Below are positions 1 through 7,907 of a stretch of DNA of 30,388 bases, piece by piece (within the stretch, counting starts at the first letter, position 1; each line of letters starts with the position of its first letter). The position numbers and the translations under genes were made by a program. Below the pieces are notes generated by a model that did not search any database, was not told where the DNA came from, and was given only the letters and a program-made list of their open reading frames with translations. The stretch comes from a virus. Its lineage: Duplodnaviria > Caudoviricetes. The stretch lies in IMG/VR virus record IMGVR_UViG_3300037604_000007, positions 1 through 30,388 of that record; one strand, 5' to 3'.

Positions 1-217
1 ACCTATTAAATTTTCCATTGTTTTTTATTTTTTGTTGTATCTATCCCAGTTTTGTTGAACACGTTTTGCGTGTACTAGGTCTATTTCTAATTGTGTTAGT
101 ATTTGTTTTTCTCGTAGCTTATCGCAAGGGCACTCTTCTTTTGTTTGCTCTAAGATAGCTAAAGTTATTAAAACTCCTAAAATAAACGATATTATTATTT
201 TCATTTTATGTTTTTTT
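1..217. repeat. Terminal direct repeat, left copy (identical to 30172-30388 except one base)
   Basis: Base-by-base match to 30172-30388; single mismatch G128 vs A30299. Indicates a circular or complete genome of about 30,171 bp. Confidence 0.97.
25..204 (-). CDS. Small protein with N-terminal hydrophobic anchor, 59 aa (MKIIISFILGVLITLAILEQTKEECPCDKL...), not in the ORF track
   Basis: Manual translation; its ATG overlaps the TGA of the upstream nuclease gene (ATGA at 201-204); TAA at 25-27. Second copy at 30196-30375. Confidence 0.7.
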   Translation of the reverse strand: MKIIISFILGVLITLAILEQTKEECPCDKLREKQILTQLEIDLVHAKRVQQNWDRYNKK

Positions 218-446
218 TAAGGCAGAACGCATCTGCTCCGTATTGTTTTAATTCTTCAATTCTAAATTTCTGCAATGGTTTGAGCGTGTCGTGTGATTCT
301 TTGACTTCGATAAACATAGGTTTCTCACCCTCTTTTAAACAAAGTAAATCGGGGATTCCATTTTTGTTTGTCTTAATCAAGTTTATGACGTAATATCCTA
401 ATTTCTCATACTTCTTAATTAACTCTGTTTGGTACTTACTAGCCAT
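201..446 (-). CDS. VRR-NUC (PD-(D/E)XK) nuclease
   Basis: GIPDL...FIEVK...LQKFRIEEL motif; coupled to an SF2 helicase gene as is usual for this family. Confidence 0.9.
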   Translation of the reverse strand: MASKYQTELIKKYEKLGYYVINLIKTNKNGIPDLLCLKEGEKPMFIEVKESHDTLKPLQKFRIEELKQYGADAFCLKKNIK

Positions 447-1674
447 TGATCCTTTTGAAATAATTATTTGTAAAATCGAGTTTGTTGCTCACTCGATTAT
501 AAATGTGTTTCTCAATTCCACCTTTTGAAAATATGAAATAAACATTATTGTCTTTTGTTCTTTCTTTCGATGTCATTCGGTCTTTTCCTTGGATGTATGA
601 CAATGCGCTAAACTCGATGTTGTAATAGATTAGCGCATCAGCGGTCGATAGGTTTACCCCCTCTCTACTGCTCCTTATTTGTCCTAGGAATACCTTATCT
701 TTTGATTGGTTAAACTCCTCTGGGCTCTCGGTAAAGTTAATGAATAATTTCTTTAACAGATTGAATTCCTCTTTAAAAATATAGAAGATGGCTATCTTCT
801 TCCCTTTGAAATGTTCGCGAATAAACAATCCTTTGTTGTAGTCGAGTATCTTCGAGTTACCGCTTTCAAATTTGATTGTTCCGCTACACAATTGGTGTAT
901 CTTATTTTGCAATTTTACCGATGTGTCTGCTAGTACTACTTCGTTCTTTCCCTCAATAACTAGGTCTTTCTTCAGTTGCTTGATTAGTTTGTAGGTCTTT
1001 GGTTGCATCTCAACCTCTAGAACGTACTCATTAACTCGCTGATTAAATCCGGCTTGTTCTTGGGTGTATGAAATGAAGTAGTCGTTAATTTTATCCATTA
1101 TCTTGTCTTTGTATGCTCCTGAATAGTCGTTAACGGTTGCGTAACCTAAGTCTCTTTTAACTACGTTAACATAATCTTTTGCCCACTTGTAAAAGTTTGC
1201 GTACTCTTTGAATGGAGAGTAAATATCGGAGAGTCTAAACTGGTGGAATAGTTGCGAGTAAGACTCTGGACTCGGTGTTCCTGATAGTAAAATAATTTTT
1301 GAATAAGGATTATCTTTGATTAGTTTCTTTAGGTCTTTAAATCTTTTGCTAGGCTTGGGATAAGTTCCTATTGAGTGCGCCTCGTCAATTATAAACACGT
1401 CATAACCTCCCTCTATTTTGTGTAGTGATTCGTAATTAATAACGGTTAGTTTGTACACTGGGTTAAGTAGTTCGTAATCTTTTTCTATTGATTTTATTGC
1501 TTTTTTCTTGGTTACAAAAAGAACATTGTTAACGGTAAATTTATCTGCCAAGGCTAAAGATGTTAGCGTCTTTCCAGTTCTTACTTGCATCGATAGGTAA
1601 ACCAAGTTTAGATTGATTAACTTAGAGTACCCCTCGTTTACAATACCCTCTTGATATGGTCTTAGCTTAATCAT
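439..1674 (-). CDS. SF2 (SNF2/DEAH-like) helicase
   Basis: LRPYQ Q-motif, TGKT Walker A, IIDEAH Walker B, LSGTP motif III, EGVNL motif V. Confidence 0.93.
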   Translation of the reverse strand: MIKLRPYQEGIVNEGYSKLINLNLVYLSMQVRTGKTLTSLALADKFTVNNVLFVTKKKAIKSIEKDYELLNPVYKLTVINYESLHKIEGGYDVFIIDEAHSIGTYPKPSKRFKDLKKLIKDNPYSKIILLSGTPSPESYSQLFHQFRLSDIYSPFKEYANFYKWAKDYVNVVKRDLGYATVNDYSGAYKDKIMDKINDYFISYTQEQAGFNQRVNEYVLEVEMQPKTYKLIKQLKKDLVIEGKNEVVLADTSVKLQNKIHQLCSGTIKFESGNSKILDYNKGLFIREHFKGKKIAIFYIFKEEFNLLKKLFINFTESPEEFNQSKDKVFLGQIRSSREGVNLSTADALIYYNIEFSALSYIQGKDRMTSKERTKDNNVYFIFSKGGIEKHIYNRVSNKLDFTNNYFKRING

Positions 1675-2015
1675 AGTACGGTTATTTCGTTGGTTATGTT
1701 GTGAAGTATGTTTAATTCATCGAAAGATGTTTTGGAAAAGTCAAAATCTAGTTGAAAAGCAATCCAGCATCCTTTGTGGAATCTTACTTCTTGTTTACAA
1801 ATAAAGAACCCTTTTTCTTCGACTGAGTCGATTAATTTCTCTCCGATAATATCACCTTCGTATATTTCAACTCCTTTTGAGTCTTTTAAACCAGTGTATC
1901 TTTGAACCTCGACGTGGTTGAGGGCGATTAATTTGTTCAGGTTCTTTAGTATTTTAATACTCTACCAGTCGTAGGATGCGCCAGTTGCTTTGTTTATCGC
2001 TCTAAATTTTATCAT
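1671..2015 (-). pseudogene. YopX-family gene interrupted by one in-frame TAG (codon 18, 1962-1964)
   Basis: Manual translation MIKFRAINKATGASYDW*SIK...QRYTGLKDSKGVEIYEGDII; IKFRA and TGLKD..G.EIYEGDI are YopX signatures; ATGA overlaps with both neighbouring genes. Confidence 0.85.
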
Positions 2016-2242
2016 CTTATTATTGGTTTTTTGTTGTACAATTCTCTTCGGTCTATTTCTGTTAGTTTGCCAGTGTCTAAGTTCTTAACGGTGTCTTTAG
2101 CGTTCCAAGGGGATTTCTTAAATGACTGCTCGTCTTTCTCAGTTGAGGTGGTTCCAACGATTCTGAGTCTTTTGTCTGACCCTTTAATGTGGAACACCTC
2201 GTGAACATTAATACTTCCGTTGTCGTTAATTAGTGGAGTCAT
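2012..2242 (-). CDS. Hypothetical protein, 76 aa
   Basis: Fills the gap between primase and YopX with tight coupling to both. Confidence 0.75.
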   Translation of the reverse strand: MTPLINDNGSINVHEVFHIKGSDKRLRIVGTTSTEKDEQSFKKSPWNAKDTVKNLDTGKLTEIDRRELYNKKPIIR

Positions 2243-2244
2243 AA

Positions 2245-4581
2245 TTAAAACGGATTTTCTTCTATTTCTATTTCATCTCCTATACTGAACCATCTTTGTC
2301 CGTTTGTGTTTCCCTGAGTAAATTCTTGTCCTATAAATTTAGCGTATTTCTGTAACCAAATATTAAAACGCTTTCGAGTAAGCCACTTATTAAAATCTTT
2401 GTATTCTGAAATAAAATTATCAAAATATAAAACTTTGTCGTTTCTTTTCCCAACGGGTAGGTTATCCTTATCGGTTGCCCATTCGTAAAATTCCATGGAA
2501 GTTTCAGCAATAAACTTTCTAAGTTTTAGGTTCTTTGCGTTTTGCTTTACAAGTCCATTCTTTAAATAAGCTTGTAGGCAATAAATCATGTAATTGTCAA
2601 AGTTAATAAAATCTTCCTCATTCCATTCATCAAATAATTCTCTTCCAAACTCGTCAAATGGAGTTAAAGCATCTCCGTAATACTGGGCAACTTCTAATTC
2701 GAATCTTCGTCTATTATGTGAATTTCCCTCTCCTTTTATTGCGTAGTTAGTACTAATTAACATCTTTGGGGATTCTTCTACGCTTAGCTTTATGGCATCT
2801 TTATTCTTTCTCTCTAGGGTTATTCCCTCAGTAACTAAACTAAATTTTTGCTCAAAATCAAAATTTTTCTTTACATCATCAAAAACAAGTACTTGTGTAT
2901 CTTGTGTAAGTGTTTGATATGGAAATGATTTTTTATCGTCAAAAGTTTTTCCGTCCAAAATAGCCACCTTTCTAATTTGCCTGATACCCTGAACAAATAA
3001 TCCCTTTCCAGTACCTCCCTCTGGATTGTCCGAAATAACTTCGTCATTGAGAATTATACACTTGTTATTCCTTTTGTTTTTATAATTTGAAATAAGGTAT
3101 CCTATTGCCGTTTCTGTTGCCAAAGGTTCTTTGTTTGAAATGTTAAAAATGAATTTTTTGTAATCATTTTTAGTTGTTTCTGATTTTACAAAATCTCTTT
3201 TTATTATTTGATTATCCCAAATGTAGCCATCAATGTCAATGTAGTCAACAAGTCTACAATCGTTTTTAGTTACCTCAACAACCCCATTTGAATAAGCAAT
3301 ATAAGAAACGTCTTTAGTACCCTTTAAAAGCATTAATTCAATAGTATCTAGTATCAAAAGAAACGCCTCTGTAAATAGATTCTGATACGATGCGCAATAC
3401 TTATACACTTCGCTATGTCCATTTTCAAGCAAATAATTTAAAACAAAATCTTTGATTTTTGCCTCAGAAGTTTCCTTAACTTTATTTGATTCTACTTTTA
3501 CAAAAGTTGGTTTTTCAGCATTTGCTGGAAAGTATTTTTTAAATCCACTGTTTTCAAGGAAGAATTTATATTTTAAAGTGTCAACAATAACTTTTTGTTT
3601 TCCGTTTTTTTGTTCTTCCGTATACCAAAAATCCTCGTGTTCAATTACTTCTTTAATTTCATCGTAAACCTCTGGTTCAATCTTATGCTTATGTATAACT
3701 CTTTTTTTACCCTTGCTCAAATCTGACTTTATTCTATCTATTTTAGAATAATCTTCAAAGTATTTTGTACCAAAACTTCTTTTTTTGTAAGCAGATTTTA
3801 TAGCGTTTTTCATTTCACTTTCTGAGAAATCTCCGTAAACCACATTGTTAAATATGTAATTTTCTGTGAAAAATTCACTCAATCCATATTCGCAAAATGC
3901 TCCAGCTAAATCAAAAATATAGTTATTCCTTTCTCCTTTAACAAAATCCTTTTGCCAATTAAAATTAATTATTTTCTCAGCAATAACGTGTTCCTCATTT
4001 ATTGGTAGTAGCGGTGGCTTTTCATTAACCGTAAAACCTTCATCTTTTAATACTGGCTCAAACGTTTCAGCATCCCAATTTATGTATATCTCAGGATCGT
4101 AAGACTCAAAACAAACTCTACTTACATCTGAATTAGCAGTATCAAAATAGTCATATTGAAACTTATCCGAAAACTCTTTAAAATATTTTGAATGAGTTAT
4201 TTTATCTGTCTTGGGTATTTTTACAACTCCTTTTATTCCATTCCCACTAGGAGAAATAAATAAGCTTACAAAATGTTTGTTCTGTTTTAAAATTGACAAA
4301 TGACTATACATTTCTTTGCTACTAGGATATTTATCGAAATCAACTATCATTAACCCTGAATGCTCTATAAGTCCACTTGCTCCTCTTTGAGAAAACGAAC
4401 CGTTAAACATAATACACGGCAAAGTATTTTTTAAATACTTATCTCCTTTTCTAATTTTTTCTATCTTATCCTTGCTTTTACCGTTTTTTATACGATTAAA
4501 CACACCCTCTAAAGTTAAGGAGTAAGGAACATCCTTAGATTTATAAAGGTCTTTAAAAACGCTTATTTTAGTTTCTTTCAT
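2245..4581 (-). CDS. Primase-helicase (BT4734/VirE-N-like N-terminus, PriCT-like domain, P-loop NTPase)
   Basis: KNTLP..MFNGSF...HSGLMIVDFD, FISPSGNGIK, DVSRVCFESYDP, GERNNYIF, GGTGKG Walker A, LVFDD Walker B. Likely start is the ATG at 4581 (MKETKIS). Confidence 0.9.
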   Translation of the reverse strand: MKETKISVFKDLYKSKDVPYSLTLEGVFNRIKNGKSKDKIEKIRKGDKYLKNTLPCIMFNGSFSQRGASGLIEHSGLMIVDFDKYPSSKEMYSHLSILKQNKHFVSLFISPSGNGIKGVVKIPKTDKITHSKYFKEFSDKFQYDYFDTANSDVSRVCFESYDPEIYINWDAETFEPVLKDEGFTVNEKPPLLPINEEHVIAEKIINFNWQKDFVKGERNNYIFDLAGAFCEYGLSEFFTENYIFNNVVYGDFSESEMKNAIKSAYKKRSFGTKYFEDYSKIDRIKSDLSKGKKRVIHKHKIEPEVYDEIKEVIEHEDFWYTEEQKNGKQKVIVDTLKYKFFLENSGFKKYFPANAEKPTFVKVESNKVKETSEAKIKDFVLNYLLENGHSEVYKYCASYQNLFTEAFLLILDTIELMLLKGTKDVSYIAYSNGVVEVTKNDCRLVDYIDIDGYIWDNQIIKRDFVKSETTKNDYKKFIFNISNKEPLATETAIGYLISNYKNKRNNKCIILNDEVISDNPEGGTGKGLFVQGIRQIRKVAILDGKTFDDKKSFPYQTLTQDTQVLVFDDVKKNFDFEQKFSLVTEGITLERKNKDAIKLSVEESPKMLISTNYAIKGEGNSHNRRRFELEVAQYYGDALTPFDEFGRELFDEWNEEDFINFDNYMIYCLQAYLKNGLVKQNAKNLKLRKFIAETSMEFYEWATDKDNLPVGKRNDKVLYFDNFISEYKDFNKWLTRKRFNIWLQKYAKFIGQEFTQGNTNGQRWFSIGDEIEIEENPF

Positions 4582-4595
4582 AAAAAAACAATAAA

Positions 4596-4662
4596 GCACC
4601 CTCAATTAAATTAATTCCTATTAGGCGTAAATGAAGCCTATTAATTTAATGGTGTTGGGTGC
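4596..4662 (-). promoter_or_regulatory. Nested stem-loop in the 5' leader of the primase gene
   Basis: GCACCC(4596-4601)/GGGTGC(4657-4662), ATTAAATTAA(4605-4614)/TTAATTTAAT(4641-4650), TAGGC(4622-4626)/GCCTA(4636-4640); ends 15 nt before the ATG. Confidence 0.6.
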
Positions 4663-4711
4663 AATTAAAAAATCTGTGTATATCATTCACTTTGTTTAAT
4701 AATAGGATATG

Positions 4712-4719
4712 CAAATATA
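4712..4719 (-). promoter_or_regulatory. Bacteroidota -7 promoter element TATATTTG upstream of primase
   Basis: CAAATATA on + strand; matches the TAnnTTTG consensus; no clear -33 element. Confidence 0.55.
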
Positions 4720-4820
4720 GTAATATTTTTCAAATATTTAGATAATTAAAATAATTATTTGTAAAAAACTAATTTGCAAACATTTACGAAAAAAAAACAA
4801 GTTTCGCAACACATTGAAAT

Positions 4821-4880
4821 CAAAAAAGCACCCCCCCCTATCAAAAAATAAAAAATAGTTTCTAGGGGGGGTAGGAAAAC
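4821..4880. repeat. C8-TATCAAAAA...TTTCTA-G-run-TA element, copy 1
   Basis: Aligns with 19447-19505; intergenic; the C-run can pair with the G-run. Confidence 0.75.
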
Positions 4881-4916
4881 CCCAAAATAATTTTAAAATG
4901 TGTACTATTAAACCAC

Positions 4917-4950
4917 AAAAAAACCCTATCAAAATTAATTGATAGGGTTT
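4917..4950 (-). terminator. Intrinsic terminator after the SSB-like gene
   Basis: Perfect 12-bp stem AAACCCTATCAA/TTGATAGGGTTT (4921-4950) running into a T-tract on the - strand, 22 nt after the stop codon. Confidence 0.75.
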
Positions 4951-4972
4951 GATATAGGTTGTTTAGTTTGGT

Positions 4973-5623
4973 TTAGAATGGGTCTTCTTCTGTTTCAACA
5001 TCTTCCACGACTTCATTTCTTCCAAAGTATGAATCCATATAAGACTGCAATTTATCTGCGCACTTGTTCGCCATTTTATCCTCGGACTTTGTAATATTTG
5101 ACCCGATAGTAAATTCGGGAGAAGAAAATTTAATACTTCCTTTCTTTCCCTCCTTTGCAGAATTAACTTCAATCCATTGGTTATCCAGCAAATGATTGTT
5201 GTCATTGTAGAAGTCTGAGTAAGCCTTAACTCCGATTCCTTTTAATTGTATGTTAATAATCTCTCCTTGTTCGTTCATTGCGTATATCGAACGATGATAC
5301 ACCGCTCCAGCGTTCTTTATTCGCTCCTTGATATCTTTGTACAATCCACTTCCAATTTCTCCACCTTTGAACGCTTTTACGTTCATTTCCTCTTTTCCTA
5401 TTGAGTAAACCTCATTTGAGTAGATACCGCTTTCTGAGGCATCATTCCAACCTTTTACAGTATGGTAGTGTTCTAAGAACAGAAACTTGATTGGTAATTC
5501 CACAAGGATATTCTTTCCTTGCTCTTTGTCGTAATAGGAAAAAGCTTGCTCATTGCTTTTCCAGTTTAAGTACTTCGTTACTGGTGAAGTTGATCCGTTC
5601 GTTGGTCTGTTTAATCTTGCCAT
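4973..5623 (-). CDS. Probable single-stranded DNA-binding protein
   Basis: Beta-rich 216 aa with acidic tail ending EEDPF; lies between Gp157 and primase. Confidence 0.6.
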   Translation of the reverse strand: MARLNRPTNGSTSPVTKYLNWKSNEQAFSYYDKEQGKNILVELPIKFLFLEHYHTVKGWNDASESGIYSNEVYSIGKEEMNVKAFKGGEIGSGLYKDIKERIKNAGAVYHRSIYAMNEQGEIINIQLKGIGVKAYSDFYNDNNHLLDNQWIEVNSAKEGKKGSIKFSSPEFTIGSNITKSEDKMANKCADKLQSYMDSYFGRNEVVEDVETEEDPF

Positions 5624-5670
5624 CGTTTTTTGTTTTTATCTCGCTTTCCAAATATGTAGGGGAAAGCATC

Positions 5671-6159
5671 CTACTTTATTTTTAAATTAAATTGCTCCAC
5701 AATGTACGCATTTTCAATTTGTTTACCAAGTTTTAAGTCTTTTTTTATTGCAATTTTATCCGCTTGTTCCGTTACCTTGATTGTTTTGTATTCCTTTGGT
5801 AACTGGTTCACATCCTCCACCTCAACTCGTTCAGATTTTCTTAATCCGAATGTGTTTGTTCCGATAGTAAACTCTCCGAAAGTTTGAATAGCCCCTACAA
5901 GCCTATTCTTTAGATTATGGGTAAGAGTATTGTTTCTTTTCTTCAACGCTTGTAACCTCTTTATTTCATTGTCAATTTGCATATTAAAAGCATCCTTTGC
6001 CAATATTACAGAATGGTAAGCGATTGCTTTATTTTGTAACTCATTTTGGTTAATGGTTAATTGTTGTTCAATCTCTGGAGTTATTTCTCCATCCAGTTCT
6101 TCCACTTGGTTAATTAGTTCCAAGTATTCTTGTTTGATGTCGTATAGTGTGTTTTTCAT
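5671..6159 (-). CDS. Siphovirus Gp157 family protein
   Basis: TLYDI start, coiled coil EIKRLQALKK, C-terminal DKIAIKKDLKLG..I..A..NLKIK; likely start ATG 6159 (ATGA overlap). Confidence 0.85.
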   Translation of the reverse strand: MKNTLYDIKQEYLELINQVEELDGEITPEIEQQLTINQNELQNKAIAYHSVILAKDAFNMQIDNEIKRLQALKKRNNTLTHNLKNRLVGAIQTFGEFTIGTNTFGLRKSERVEVEDVNQLPKEYKTIKVTEQADKIAIKKDLKLGKQIENAYIVEQFNLKIK

Positions 6160-6398
6160 TTGGTGTATTTTGAGATTAGTATTAAATTGTAGCATTGCCC
6201 CGATTCAATTCTTTTAACCGCTATTAGAGACAATCCTTTTCGCTTTGCATATCCCTCTTGGCTTATGTTGTGCTTAACTCTAAACGTATAAGACTCAAGC
6301 AAACAAGATAGTATCTCGTTTCTGATACTTCCTTTCGGCAAATCTTTTAGAAAAGTATCGTTATTGATACGTTTTGCAAAGTTAAATATCTTGTCCAT
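6156..6398 (-). CDS. XRE-like helix-turn-helix protein
   Basis: R..HNISQEGYAKRKGLSLIAVKRIESG pattern. Confidence 0.6.
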   Translation of the reverse strand: MDKIFNFAKRINNDTFLKDLPKGSIRNEILSCLLESYTFRVKHNISQEGYAKRKGLSLIAVKRIESGQCYNLILISKYTK

Positions 6399-6433
6399 AG
6401 TTAGTTGATTAGGTTGTTACTGATAAAAACAAG

Positions 6434-6754
6434 TTACCCAACATTTAAGTCAGGCAACTTTGCTTCTATGTGAAATTTAGGGCTTATTTGTTTCCCTCTT
6501 TGCTCTAACCAACTATAAGAATCAAGTCCTACTTTTTGCCTTATCAATCGGATGCCTCGCCAAGTCAGTTTCCCTTTGGTTATTTCGCCTTTAATTGGTG
6601 GTTCTGCCATTGTTCGTAAGGCTATTATAAATAACTCTTCTTCTTGTCTGCGAACTTCATCAAAAAAACGTTGGGTAACACTGGCTATATTTAATGCCAA
6701 GTGATCGTCAACTTGAAAGTTCGGGTGTTCAATTCTCTTTAATTCGTATTCCAT
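6434..6754 (-). CDS. Cassette gene, hypothetical protein (MEYELK...LNVG)
   Basis: The ATG lies inside the loop of the attC-like site 6670-6801; the TAA stop is part of the GTTA core at 6433. Confidence 0.75.
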   Translation of the reverse strand: MEYELKRIEHPNFQVDDHLALNIASVTQRFFDEVRRQEEELFIIALRTMAEPPIKGEITKGKLTWRGIRLIRQKVGLDSYSWLEQRGKQISPKFHIEAKLPDLNVG

Positions 6755-6801
6755 AATTTTTAGTATTAAATTTGGCACTAAACATAGCCTAAACGTTAGG
6801 G
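6670..6801 (+). repeat. attC-like site A
   Basis: GGGTAAC(6673-6679)...GTTAGGG(6795-6801); inner arms 6683-6700 and 6772-6789 complementary at 16/18. Confidence 0.8.
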
Positions 6802-6805
6802 TGCA

Positions 6806-7009
6806 TTAGTCAGTCATACTAACAGTCCATTCAAAAAACGATTGACTGTTTAGTAAATCAAAAAGCTTAGGTATTGAGTCTTTTTCTATAATCAATCCTT
6901 TACTAATATCTATTATTAGGTGTCTATTTGGTTTTTCTGTTTTTCCAGAGCCTTCTCTTAATCCTGTCACAAAAGGCATATTTTTTAATTTATCTATTAC
7001 TTCTTCCAT
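6806..7009 (-). CDS. Cassette gene, hypothetical protein, 67 aa
   Basis: ORF fills the space between GTTAGGGTGC (6795) and GCACCCTAAC (7020). Confidence 0.75.
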   Translation of the reverse strand: MEEVIDKLKNMPFVTGLREGSGKTEKPNRHLIIDISKGLIIEKDSIPKLFDLLNSQSFFEWTVSMTD

Positions 7010-7019
7010 TTTAATTAAC

Positions 7020-7153
7020 GCACCCTAACAATTTGTATAAATAATAGCCTGTTAAGGTGTCTTTTTAAAGCTATTTTGTATTTCCAAATTTAGTTTTTTA
7101 ATCAAAGTTTCTCGCTTACTTTCGGCTACACACCATATACAATCACGTTGGGC
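7020..7153 (+). repeat. attC-like site B
   Basis: CCCTAAC(7023-7029)...GTTGGGC(7147-7153); TTGTATA(7033-7039)/TATACAA(7136-7142) and TAGCC(7045-7049)/GGCTA(7124-7128). Confidence 0.78.
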
Positions 7154-7159
7154 GTAATG

Positions 7160-7369
7160 CTACTTCCACCAATAATCATTTGCATTTATGCTATTAGGAT
7201 TACTACATACTTCATTAATACTAATAGTAGAACTAAGTCGCTCATCCTTGATTAAATGGTATTCCCTGTTTTTATATTCGTAAATTAATTTGTCACCAAA
7301 TTTTTCACTATGAAATATATTAGGTGATACCTCAATAAATTTCATTCCTTTATAATAAAACCCTTTCAT
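7160..7369 (-). CDS. Cassette gene, hypothetical protein, 69 aa
   Basis: ORF lies between the cores at 7147 and 7392-7401. Confidence 0.75.
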   Translation of the reverse strand: MKGFYYKGMKFIEVSPNIFHSEKFGDKLIYEYKNREYHLIKDERLSSTISINEVCSNPNSINANDYWWK

Positions 7370-7391
7370 ATTTTCTAATTTAAACCGCTAC

Positions 7392-7524
7392 TACACACAA
7401 CAACGTATATAAGTAATGGCAGGTTATTGTTTAATTCTAAGTTTCTGTTTATCTATTTACTTTTTTCTTATTCGATAAGTAGGTGCTTTCTATCTACCAC
7501 TACTTATATACTGTACCGTTAGCC
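7392..7524 (+). repeat. attC-like site C
   Basis: ACACAAC(7395-7401)...GTTAGCC(7518-7524); arms 7405-7424 and 7492-7511 complementary at 17/20. Confidence 0.8.
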
Positions 7525-7647
7525 CACATTAGGAGTGCCTAAAAATTTATGGTTTAGCTCAGCCATGTACTCATATCCGCCCTTTTGTTTCAAAACTTCA
7601 TTCAGTTTTTTAACTTCTTCACTCCAATAATCATTTTCTTTATTCAT
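7519..7647 (-). CDS. Cassette gene, 42-aa peptide (MNKENDYW...PNVG), not in the ORF track
   Basis: Manual translation; the TAA stop is part of the GTTA core at 7518. Confidence 0.6.
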   Translation of the reverse strand: MNKENDYWSEEVKKLNEVLKQKGGYEYMAELNHKFLGTPNVG

Positions 7648-7677
7648 AATTCGTAAATTTTACATACACTATACCCG

Positions 7678-7875
7678 TTATGTACCATTAGGTAACTTAC
7701 GTATCATCCAATTAACCATATCTTTATAATTTATGCTTGTAGTCTCTTTATTACCATTATTATCCTTCGTTATTAAGGTGTCGTATTGGTATTGTTCGTG
7801 TTCTATTTTTACAAACTCTTTAGCTTCTTTACCTTTACTTTGTGCATACTGTCTAAATAATCTTCTTCCATTCAT
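7678..7875 (-). CDS. Cassette gene, hypothetical protein (MNGRRLF...PNGT)
   Basis: ATG at 7875; the TAA stop is part of the GTTA core at 7677. Confidence 0.7.
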   Translation of the reverse strand: MNGRRLFRQYAQSKGKEAKEFVKIEHEQYQYDTLITKDNNGNKETTSINYKDMVNWMIRKLPNGT

Positions 7876-7907
7876 ATTTTTTGGTTTTATTGTAGCAAAA
7901 GTTGCAA

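Noticed and set aside
4738-4932. 64-aa ORF over the intergenic repeat element, and alternative-frame ORFs at 4963, 12870, 17683, 20400 and 25526
   Set aside because: Low-complexity translation of regulatory DNA, or fully overlapping better-supported genes.
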